In this document: positions 11,655 through 22,977 of the stretch, piece after piece
Layout: every line of letters begins with the position of its first letter
Position numbering within the stretch: the stretch's first letter is position 1
DNA from: Takakia lepidozioides
Lineage: Eukaryota; Plantae; Bryophyta
Direction: 5' to 3'
Length of the DNA stretch: 64,000 nt
Assembly: GCA_030704615.1 (NCBI GenBank)
Contig: CM060732.1
Coordinates: 11,594,001-11,658,000 of the forward strand
Notes under the pieces: generated by a model
What the model saw: only the letters and a program-made list of their open reading frames with translations
The model's database searches: none
What the model was told of the DNA's origin: nothing
Translations under genes and position numbers: made by a program

Positions 11655-12370
11655 GGATAAACAAACTTCTACATATCGTACTTCAAGAAAAAACCACACC
11701 TTGCGATTGCGGTTGTCGCACCATCGTGAACGATCTTTAAAAAACTCATGCCAGCTCTACTCTGTGCTGCGAATTCAGGGCAAAGTCTGATGAGAGGGAA
11801 AAACAGGCTGAAATAGGTCAAAGAAGAAGGTGCCCTCACCACATTGTCCTCGACCTTGTGTCATAACCCATGGAGGATTTGACTGACCATGAACCCAAAC
11901 GGACCTCTTGTGTGTGCTGCTTGTGTCTATAGTCCGGTAATGTCGGATTGGTTCATGAGAACCACCACAGTGCAGCTGAGCGAGCAGAGACTGAAACACA
12001 ACCTGCTAAGACCAAGCTCACTCTCCGAAGAACCTTGTAAACATCAATACCAAATCATGGTACTAACAGTCGCCAAGAGCCCACATTTGCAGGATGGACA
12101 AACTTCTTCACATCGTACGTATGAAAAAAATCCACACCTTGCGATTGCGGTTGTCCATCGTGAAGGTGGCCAGCCGCTTTCCATAGTAGTCGATGGCCAC
12201 ATCGTGCACCACATCTTCATTCCCCGATTCTAGGGTTTGAGTCCCTATCTGCCCCCTATCCCACCAGCTCCGCTCGACATCTCTCATGATCAGACCCGAC
12301 AGTAAAACAAACATAGCTCCGTCCAGTTTGTCGTCTCTCACGATCAAACTCGACATAAAGAAAACAAACA
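11655..12370. repeat. Second copy of the modular repeat
   Basis: High similarity to 10040-10985 and to part of the 134-bp unit. Confidence 0.75.
12165..12240 (-). pseudogene. SEC13: SEC13 N-terminal gene fragment
   Basis: QTLESGNEDVVHDVAIDYYGKRLAT matches the Sec13 first WD40 signature H.D.VHD...DYYGKRLAT. Confidence 0.8.
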
Positions 12371-13299
12371 GATGGCAAGGGAGACAAGCTAAGTCCCCTC
12401 TACTGACTGGATGGATGAATGTAGCAATAGATGGATGGATTTTGGGTTTTCCATCAATATATCCATCAATTCATTTGTTTTTCCATTTTTTGGCCATTTT
12501 AATTTCATCCATTCATCCAAAATAAATCTTTAAATGAGTTTCACTATCAGTTCATCCAATAGCTGCTAGCTCAGTGTTTGCATTATCATTCGTTCCTACG
12601 TTCATCCAATAGTTGCCAGCAAGGCGTTTGTGTATTATTCGTTGAGATAATACAATTGTTTTGTTTCACTAACCTTAACCAGCAGTCGATTAGTTTACTG
12701 TTAATCTGCTGGGTCAATGAAATAGTAGTTAAATGTTTTTACTACTTATTATCCTCATACTTAACACTGTGACCTAGCAATCCTAAATTTGAGCACATTC
12801 ATCCTACTTCATCCTAATCATTCATTCATCCATTCATTCCATCATTCACAGGGTGTGGCTTAGTGCCTGCGAGCAATGATATGTTGACACGTTGTCATTT
12901 GCAATCACATCCTACATCTGTTTCATCCATTTATGTTTGCATCGTCCACATAGACACTCATTGGGCAACCGACAATCGCCATGTGCAGTTGTGAATACTG
13001 GCAATCATACATTCCCATGCCCACGTCATCATGTTGCAGTTTTGGCCATGACTCATAGTCGTATCTACCATCTTCCCTATCTAGTCAAATATGTTTGACC
13101 GCAGATCCTGACGTGGCGGAGGTACAAGGTGGCATATACGACTTCTGGTGGTCAAAAACTGGCAACCAGGACTGCCCCCTTGTATTTTGCAGACATAGAT
13201 GCTACAACTGGCAAATGTGGCATACCTTAAAGCCGGGATCTGTTGTAGCGAATCTTTATTGCAAACTGCAATTTTCGTGTCTGAAATGAATTTATCTTC

Positions 13300-13730
13300 A
13301 TGGTTCCACTTTCTTCAATGAGATCAATCATTGTCATTAGCTAAACTTTCTTGAATGAGATCAATCTTTCTTTGTGGCTCCATTTTCGTGAATGACATCA
13401 ATCTTTGTGAATATGTGCACTTTCAATCATTGTCATTAACTAAACTTTCTTGAATGAGAAAAATCTTTCTTTGTGGATCCATTTTCGTGAATGACATCAA
13501 TCATTGTGAATATGTGCACTTTGTTGAATGAAATCAAACATTCTAAATGGTTCCACTTTCTTGAATGAGATCAATCATTGTCATTAGCTAAACTTTCTTG
13601 AATGAGATCAATCTTTCTTTGTGGCTCCATTTTCATGAATGACATCAATCTTTGCAAATATGTGCACTTTCTTGAATGAGATCAAACATTCTGAATCGTT
13701 CCACTTTCTTGAATGAGATCAATCTTTCTC
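13300..13730. repeat. Degenerate ~37-bp tandem repeat
   Basis: About 12 variants of CACTTTCTTGAATGAGATCAATC. Confidence 0.85.
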
Positions 13731-13754
13731 TTCTTTTTATGAAGCTTTTCGGTT

Positions 13755-14290
13755 GAATTGTCATGTTCCATTCAGGGGTGGGAATTAAGGCATCGTTGAG
13801 GCCACCTTAATTCCGACGGGGTTTCTATCTACAAACATGTGACTTCTCCCGGGCTTTTGTTTTATTTCCATTTTTATTTTGTGGTTATTGGGTGGATTGT
13901 CACAAGGATCCGGGGGTGGGAATTACGGCATCGTTGCCGCCACCTTAATGCCAACCCTGTTACCCTCTACGAACAAGGCTCCTCGCAAATGAATTTCTTT
14001 TTCTCATAAATTTATGATTTTTGGGTGAATTGTCATGTTCCAACGTGGTCTGGGAATTAAGGTGTCGTCAACGACACCTTAATGCTGACCCGTTTCCCTC
14101 TACGAACATGGCTCCTCGCCAAAGGATTTTATTTCATTTTTATTTTGATTTTTGATTTTTGGGATGAATTGTCATGTTCTTTGTGAGGGCTGCGAAGGCT
14201 GCGAATTAAGGTGGCGTTGACAACACCTTAATGCCCAGCCTGTCTCAGTGGTACAACATGGCTGTTCGCCTAGGATTTGTTTTAATTTTA
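13755..14290. repeat. Four ~135-bp tandem units, each with a palindromic core
   Basis: TGAATTGTCATGTTC followed by a core like ATTAAGGTGTCGT-CA-ACGACACCTTAAT in each unit. Confidence 0.8.
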
Positions 14291-15139
14291 AATGTTTCAA
14301 TTGGTTTTTGGGTTTAATTCACATGTGTCAATTAGGGTTACCGTTGTGGGTTTGTGGCTTCCGTTTATGCTTTCGGGTTTTGTCGGTTTGGAGTTTGGGG
14401 TTTATCATTGCAGGCATGGGTTTGAGGTGTATGGTTTTCCTTGGGCGTTTGTTATTTGGGTTTTGGGATCTGTGTTTTTACTTACGGTTTCCCTGTCTTT
14501 CCTCCGGTATACAAATTGTCGTCAATGCCATGTTTGTCGTACAATCAATTTTATTTCAGTCCATGCATCCTCCACTCTTCAGTTTTCATGATCATCCCAC
14601 ATTCATCCATCATTCATCCATCATCCATCCATCACCTTCATTCATTCATCCATGCCTCTTTGACAATGAACAATGAACAATCATGGATTGATGCAACAAA
14701 CTTACAGTTGTCATGAAAGCCCCCCATTGTCTATATCTGAAGTGCCAGAAGCCCAACTAGTCTTCAAACTCTTTCATTCCATCCAGACTGGCTGCGTCGG
14801 ACGAGTACCACCATGTTCGGATAATCGCGTACATGGAGTTCGCTTCCTGCTCTGTTGTGGCATCCTTATATAGACGGCACAGTCTTAGATGTTCCTCCCG
14901 CAACTCCAATTTTATGGAACTCTTTCTGTGCCTTTGAAGGGACTGGGACCAATGGAAGAGGCAAGTGCATGTGGATTTTATGTTCGATCGATGTGAGCAC
15001 AGAATTTCGGGGTCGAACAGAAGCATAAACTGGGAATTGGAGATAGAGGAAGAGTATGACACCATAACAAGGATGACCGGCCACATCAAATCGGCCCAGA
15101 GGGGGAGATACCACGATGCGTTTTGCCATGATGGATACC

Positions 15140-15590
15140 AGATGACACAGTTTGTTCGATGTGTAGGAATCCATACGGCCCAGAGGGATGTCATGTGCTT
15201 GGATCACGTGGACATGTATTCCATCTCACATATCTTATCCCGCAAGCCTTGCGGATGAGCGCTTGCCCAGAATGTCGTACACCAATCCATCGTCGTTTCT
15301 ATGAGCTGGTGGGCTTGGAGGATCGGATGCCCATAGGTTTTGAATACAATCGACACAACCTCCCATATGATGGGCTACCATTCACATTTATGAATTGTGT
15401 GCATTGGGGCAAGAACTTGGTATGGGATGCAGACAGAGATATGCATGGCATACATGCCGGAAACCCGACATACATCAAAGATCCCCAGTATTTCTGGGTC
15501 ACATCTGACTGGGAGATAACCATACGTGCGGGAGGCATTCTCGATTGGTGGGAGAGAGAGCAGTTTTGCCGCAATCTGGGAGGGCATTGA
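15140..15590 (+). pseudogene. Degenerate RING-H2 finger ORF (further open frames extend to ~16140)
   Basis: CSMC..GS(R)GHVFHLT(Y)L..ACPECR, with two zinc ligands substituted. Confidence 0.6.
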
Positions 15591-16569
15591 AGTCAGAGAA
15601 GGTCCAGGTTTATCCGGCTCCCACATGTTCCATGGGTGCCGGAGGAGAACGAATTGTATGACCGACAACCGATTGGGAGACATTTGTTTCTGTCCAAAGT
15701 AGAAGATGCTATAATATGTCAACGCCAAATGAATGAGGCGTACGAGGTGGCTTATCGTCGAAATGACACAATGATTAGGGACAGGGCTCGAGAGAGCCAA
15801 TTGGAAAGTTTCAAAAGTACCATCGACACAGTTGTAGAGCAATGGAGGCGACTATGGACAAACCGTTATCATCGTGTTTCGGGGGCTCTATTGCCGGATG
15901 TGATGTCCTCGTTGTCGATTTGCATGCAGCCCAATCACTTGTTCTTGATCCACCTCCGCCACGTCGTGAGAGTGAAGAAGAAAGTCAACTTTCGCCGCGA
16001 AGTAGGCGGATGCAGGCCATAATTGATCACATGCCATTGGGTCCCTCATTGACCACGAGATCGCGGTCGCAAGCTCTAGCAAACGGCAGTGCAAATCAGA
16101 CCACAACATCAAATTCCTTGTCCTTGGACAGTGACGACTAGACTTTTAATGACTGACAGCGTAGTACATAGACAATATGCATTTTTGTTATACCTTGAAT
16201 ATTGTTGGAAAACACAGTGATAGCATTCCGCCAATTTTGTACATCACCAATTTTGTTAATACACAATGCACATGTGCGGCACCTGCCAATTTCAATTGCA
16301 TGAGCATCGTTTTCTTCACATTTACACTCGTATGATGGGGAAAAAGTGATTCACCCTGTAAACAAATTTACAATGGTGTCATATTTGGTCATGACATGTA
16401 TTTGCAATGAACTCCGAAAGCTAGAGAATAAGGAAAATTGATGTTAACCAATAAGTTATAACGAGTTACGAACGGTCGTCTTCCAAACAAATTTTGCCTG
16501 GTCCCTGCATATTTCATAATCATTTCTTAAAATCTATGATCTTTCTATGAACATACCCACAAAGTTCTC

Positions 16570-17860
16570 AAAGCACAAAATAATTTCGATGGACAACCAT
16601 CCGTTGGCCCATTGAACGAATTCCGATTGATCTCATATTACTCTGGGGCCTCTTACATGGCACATAGTGGCCAAGTCTCAAGGTGAACCAAAATCATTTC
16701 GATGGCCAACCATCCGTTGAGCCATCAAATGAATTTCGATTGATCTCATATTAGTCTAAGACATGTGAGAGGGTGTTTCGAACGTACTGGCAAAGTTTGG
16801 AAGCAAACAAAAATGATTTGGATGGGCAACCATCTGTTCACCCATTGAATGTATTCCGTTGGATCTACTATTACTTTAGGACCTGTTGGACTGTGTTTCG
16901 CGTGCTCATGATTTTTTTTTCATTCCGTTTTTGAATGGGGCATGTAATGACTCCATATGCAACGTGGGTGCCAAATTTTGGGAGTGAACATAATTCATTT
17001 GGACCTAAAACCACAGTTTCTTCCGTGTTTTGCACTCCAAACTTGATTTGTGTTTTACTTCATGCACTATTTATAGAGAGTTCTGGCATAGTGAGCGAAA
17101 AGAACACTTTTTTTTGGGGCATTTTTTATTGGTCCAAATTTTGGCGGGGGAGTAGCGGTGGGATGTTTGAAGCCACAGAACAAAATTGAGCCAAAAACAA
17201 AATCGATACGTGCCAGAAACCCCCAATGAAAGGCAGTGCAAACCTATTTATTGGCTTAAAATTAATTTAAATTCAATTAAAATCTAGAATGGCTTGAGGG
17301 GTGAGCGCGTCGATGGGGAGGCAAATGATTTATTCGTCTAATGTGTCTCCGCACATGTTCAAGCACATGGGGACAAAAGAGGGGCTTCAACCACATCCGT
17401 TCAATGGGTGCAATAGCCGTGCACGCATTGTAGGATTTCTTTTTTCGCATTGAACAAAAACCAGATGACAAGTGAACGCCTCATTGGCCCATCAAACGAA
17501 TTTCAATTGATCTCATATTACACTAGGACCTATCAGAGGGTACATTGAACACACTAGCCAAGTCTCAAAGCGAATGAAAATCATTTGGACGGGCAACAAT
17601 CCGTTGGCCCATTAAACGAATTTCGATTGATCTCATATTACTCTGGGGCCTCTTACATGACACATTGAACATAGTGGCCAAGTCTCAAAGCGAACCAAAA
17701 TCATTTCGATGGCCAACCATCCGTTGAGCCATCGAATGAATTTCGATTGATTTCATATTAGTCGGGGACCTAATACATGGTATGTTGAACATAGTGGCAA
17801 AGATTGAAAGCAAACGAAAATCATTTGGATGGGCAACCATTATACTGGGACCTGTTACAT
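16570..17860. repeat. Two arrays (16570-16890 and 17475-17860) of a ~115-120-bp repeat
   Basis: Recurrent AAAATCATTTCGATGGCCAACCATCCGTTG..CCATC.AA.GAATTTCGATTGATCTCATATTA. Confidence 0.85.
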
Positions 17861-18062
17861 GGTATGCCCTTTGAAGTTCTTTTTGTAGTGTCTCATGCTT
17901 CATAATGCGATGCTTCTTCATGTCCACTTTATCCAATATGTTGATGTTCTCCACCTGGAACAGATCCACACATGTGTGCAGAAATCCTCAAATAAGCAAA
18001 TGATCATCTCCATTTTTATAAGCCTCATCCGCAGCTTCCAATTTTGATGGTCATTTGGTTTT

Positions 18063-18905
18063 TTAAATATTTATATACGCATGTGTGGATATGTTCCAGA
18101 TGGAAAATATCAACGTTGGAAAAATAAGAGTTAGAGAAACACATTCCATTTGTTCCAAAATCACCCTGTTGTCCGCATCGTTGCCCCATTTTCTGTCACG
18201 GTTCATCATGTCACGTATTGTCCCTCCAATCCACCATCGAGTGTAACCCTCTACCCCACGTGCATTCATAGCAAAATATGAGATAACACCCGGATGCTGG
18301 AACTTCACTGCCAAACACTCGTCGTTATGTTGTCTCAACGCATTTTCTGGATTTTTGGACTTGGGTTTTTTTCCCGCTAGCTCCCAATGCTCCGGTATTT
18401 TAGAATCGCCAACAATCCTACACTGACGGACCTTAGTATACCCTCCTTCTTTGTAAGGGCCAATCTCTACCACCTTCGCAGTAGAGTTCAGGTAATAAAG
18501 ACCAGTTGTGCCTCCCCTGCCCGATGACCCCGCCTTCCAAGGAACAACCCTAGTCCGGCGATGTGAATTCCGACTTGCCAAGCAAACCCAATACTCAACA
18601 CGCCGCATTAACTTAGCTTCGGCGGAGGGAACTCAACCCTCGGTCGTTCTACCATTCCATGTCTTCATTAGCTACCTCAAATTCCACATGACGTCTTTCG
18701 TCCTGCTTTGGATCCACCGATTGAACTTCGGCTTGTCCCTGTCCACCGTCCACTTAACCCCCGCCAAAGCGTTTGTCATTGTTCTCTCCATATTTTGCTG
18801 GAAAATTTGAAACCCCTCCCATCCATGCCTGACATAAGCACTCTTCAGCCTCATTATGTCCATACTTTTGAAATAATCCACTACCACTTTTTTCGGCTTA
18901 TCCAA
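18063..18905 (-). pseudogene. Truncated divergent protein-kinase-like ORF (N-lobe only)
   Basis: EGGYTKVRQC (Gly-loop-like), LAGKK, alphaC Glu, HPGVI, WIGGTIRD; no HRD or DFG motif follows. Confidence 0.55.
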
Positions 18906-19654
18906 GGCATCCGATCCAAGGCATCCGGTCTCAGGTAGTCTGGCTTGTTCACCTGACTATCCCGCTCGTGGGCACGTTTTCACTTCCTCCGACCCCCAGA
19001 CAACCCCGCCCCAGAACTTGAATTCACAACCCCCGACATTGTAGAAACCTTTGCCCACTACATAGGACAAAACCTCAGAAAACGGCAATGGACGTATGTG
19101 GATGGTGTCTTCGTAGTTTCTGCCAAAAAAACGGGTCGCCGGAGATCCGAAAATGACAAAATGGTGATATGATGATTGAACCGTGAACAAGGGTGTGGGA
19201 CTGACCAATAGAAAACCAACAAAACCTTCCTTCCCCCCCCCAAAATAATCACCTTTGCACCTCCCGTTGGCAGTGCCAAGCAACAAAGTCCAAAAAGACT
19301 ACATGATGCCAAGGAACCGCACCACGAGAGGGGCAAAAGTGATCAAAAAAGGAGGGGGAAATGGTTTATATAGGCGCCCCCCCCCCCAAACCCCCCCAAA
19401 AAAAAAATGGCATTATGTTTGAAAAAGAGCGATAGGCCAGTGGTGCCTCGCCACGCGCACCCACATGGGAGAGGTCAAGGGTTCAAAACCACCTTCCCCC
19501 ACCCCATTTGTTTCGTTTTTCCTGACCCGTGGCACCTCACCACGTGGCTGGCCCAGGCGCCGCTTCATGATTTTTTTCAAATCATGAATACATTCTCATA
19601 GCAGCTGACACTGACGGTGTGCATCTTCTAGCAAACACCCCAACCCTACTTATT

Positions 19655-19970
19655 ACTGTCCTTGACCTTGTGTCATGACCCATGGAGGATTTGACCGACC
19701 ATCAACCCAAAATGACCTCTTGTGTAGTTAGGTAATGTCGGATTGGTCTGTGAGAACCACCACGGTGTAGCTAAGCGGGCAGAGATTGAAAGATGGCATG
19801 CTAAGACCAAGTTGACTCTCCCAAGAACCTTGTAAACATCATGCAGAATACCAAATCAGGGTACTAACATGAGCCAAGAGCCCACATTTGCAGGATGGAC
19901 AAACATCTTCACATAGTACATTAAGAAAAAGCCACACCGTGCGATTGCGGTTGTCCCACCATCGTGCCTC
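19655..19970. repeat. Third copy of the modular repeat
   Basis: Matches 10262-10610 and 11845-12160. Confidence 0.75.
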
Positions 19971-20572
19971 CGTGCTCAAGCACACGGGCCATCTTCCTCC
20001 CCTCGGGCCATCGTCCTCCCCTCGTCCTCCCTTCCCGTGCACGCATCTCTCCCCGATTTGTTTTTCGGTGATTTTTCGGGCAGTCCGGGCAGATATAACA
20101 AACGTGGCGATGATGATGTGGCACTATGGCGCCCTATATCTGCTCTACGCTAAACTAGTCGGGTCGTCGCTAGAATGATTGAAAATGGTTTGAAATGTGG
20201 GTGGAAGAATCCCGAGTGCAGGCAGGGATTGATGTGGAAGATCTCCGCATGCTTGGGTTTGGATAGTTGGGAGGTGAGCAGAGACCAGAGTTTGCGAGTA
20301 AAAGAGAAAGCCTTGATAACGTCCACAGCCATACATCCATTGCAAGGCGCTTCCTGCAGCGCGTAGCTATCAATTCAATTCAATTCAAACTTCCATGTCC
20401 GGGGAAGAGAAAGAAAGGAGGAGATTGGTTACCGCAAGAGGCTCTGAGGACCAGGGAGAGAGACAGAGGTCCTTTCTTAAGAGTTGAGGCACTTGACTAC
20501 CACCGAGTTCTGCAATCTATATGCAAGGATGGTCGGAGTTGTAGACTGTAGAGTGATGAAGGGTGACTGGAA

Positions 20573-22264
20573 ATGGGGCGCCACAGAAACGGGCCGAGAA
20601 GCTGCGGTGGGCACAAGTTGCTTCTTCTGTTAGGGCTGCAGTTGGTGCTGCTTGTCTTCTTGTTGGGAGCATTGGTGGAATCAGAGGCGTTGTATGTGTG
20701 GTGGGATCGCAGTACACTGCTTCAGGGCAGCCCTCACGATCTGCGATCGGCTGTCAAAGAGGGCACAAGGGTGGATTTGGAGTTGCTTGAGAAGAGGGGT
20801 GTTTTGCTACCCCCACAGAATGCATTGTCCAAGAGACTGCTGGAGCGGAATGCGCAACCGCCCAGGAACCAGGATTTGTATCCGGCGCTGGCAGAGGATA
20901 ATCAAGTCAAGGTGGTGCTGTATGTGCACAACCGGCCGGAGTATTTGCGGCTGGTGGTAGCAGGGCTGGCAGAAGTGGAGGGCATTGCGGAGACGCTCTT
21001 GATTGTGAGCCATGATGGGTTTTATGAAGAAATCAACTCGATTGTCGAGGGCATCCGCTTCTGCCAGGTCAGTTTTCGGCATTTTGTTTTCGGGAAGGGC
21101 AAGAAGAGAGGGCAGCTCGTTGGAAAGGGCGATATAAACTTGTAAAAGCGGAAGAAGGTCGGTGTATGCTCCATTTCCAGTAGTAAACTTTGTTTCATTT
21201 CATTTCCTTTGACCGGTGGACACCTCCCAGGTCTTTTCAAAGAGCTTGTACCTATTCACATCATAAATTAATGGCAGGTGAAGCGAATACTATGCCCCGT
21301 GGTCACCCCATTTGTTCCCGGATTCCTTCCCCGGGCCTGGGCATTGCGAGATGAATAACACTGCCGACGAGTGGGGATGCAAAGCCGATCTGGACCAGAA
21401 TGGCAACCATCGGGAAGTTCGGATTGTGTCTCTCAAACACCACTGGTGGTGGATGATGAATACTGTATGGGACGGGTTGGAAGAGATAAAGGGCTTTGAT
21501 GGCCACATTGTGTTTATAGAGGAAGACCACTATCTCCTGCCCAATGCTTACCGAAACATTCAAACTCTCGTCAGAATCAAAGCTAAGAAATGCCCCATTT
21601 GTGTTGCTGCGAACATCGCACCTGCGTACTCAAAGTTTAGGGGCGAACGGACAGACTATTTGTTTGTAGAGAAGATTGGCCGTGTGGAGGAATATCCATG
21701 CTCAAGCAGAGGCTTTCTGCTCTTTCGACGACTATAACTGGGATATCACGATGTGGTCCATCGACTTTCCTACCATGGGAAATCCTTTGCATACTCTGCG
21801 TGGGCCTCACAGCAGCCTAATCAACTTCGGACAATGTGGTCTCCATCAAGGGCATGCGAGAGAGAAACAAAGAGTAGGAGACCTCACAACATCTGCAAGA
21901 AGCCTAAACAGCTTCTGGGACCAACTGATTGAAATAAATAGCTTCTGGGACAAATTGATTGAAATAAACAAAGATACACACAACAAGAAGGAACTCAACC
22001 CAGCATGTGAAGAAGACCTGGATATGGAAGAAATAGACGGTGCCAAATATCAATCCTGAATGGGAAGTCCGATTGTACAAAACTGCAGGGTATGTTTTCG
22101 GTTTCAAAGGACATGGAGGGTGGGGCGATGAGAGGGATCAGCACCTCTGCCTAAGCTTTTCCTCCATGTATACTGAATTGGAGCCACTGGGGGATTGGTG
22201 CATAGGCAAAGATGGTGATTCTACCCAAGAAGAGGAACAGACGAGTATGCATACACTGTACTGA
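20573..22264 (+). pseudogene. MGAT2: Alpha-1,6-mannosyl-glycoprotein 2-beta-N-acetylglucosaminyltransferase (GnT-II, GT16), frameshifted
   Basis: N-terminal TM segment; VLYVHNRP, LIVSHDG, SLKHHWWW, FIEEDH, FDDYNWD, GGWGD.RD..LC; intron 21068-21277; frameshifts near 21290, 21680 (short deletion) and 22040. Confidence 0.85.
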
Positions 22265-22977
22265 TGACTTGAACAAAGATGACACTGCTAAGACACAGAA
22301 AATTGAGAAAGAGAGAAGATTGAGCATGTCAGATGGCAGGACTCTCAAGAGGAGTTTGAAACTGCAACATGCATAGGCACATCGCCGTTTAAGACTGACC
22401 ATAACTTCAGGCAGGCCGGAAACATACAGGCCAAAGGGCATAACTGAACAGTCCATGACCATGCTGGAGAAGCCCACACACTGACAACCTATATCAGTCA
22501 GGCACCACATTATCCCCATCATATGAATTCCCAAGGAAATCCTCTGAACATCAGTTGGCCCCTTCATGTGAGGTAGGAAAATTGCACACACATACTATCG
22601 GTGGGCAGGGGGAAGCAGAAAGAGAAACATCTCCTGCAAAACACATTATGGGGACAGTGCTGTACATTTTACCGGACAAACTAGGAGAAGGTTACAATAC
22701 TAAATTTGCACTTATTGCCTAAGGTGCCAAACCTTGGGCATGGGTAAGCAATGGCAAGCCCCACCTCTTCCCATATGGTCAGGATGCATTGGAGGAATGG
22801 ACCATATTACCTACTGCAATTGGAATGCTGCAGTTTACAGGTAATATCAGGAGCTGATACAATCAACTGATACAATCAAAAGTAACTTATCAAACTTGTC
22901 ATTATCGAACTTGACCACCTAGTTGCCCAGCTCCTCACTTGTACTTTCAACCTTCATGGAGAGAGGAACTCAGGATG

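Noticed and set aside
13300-17860. CRISPR-like arrays
   Set aside because: The units are homologous along their whole length with no unique spacers; the context is eukaryotic and no cas genes are present
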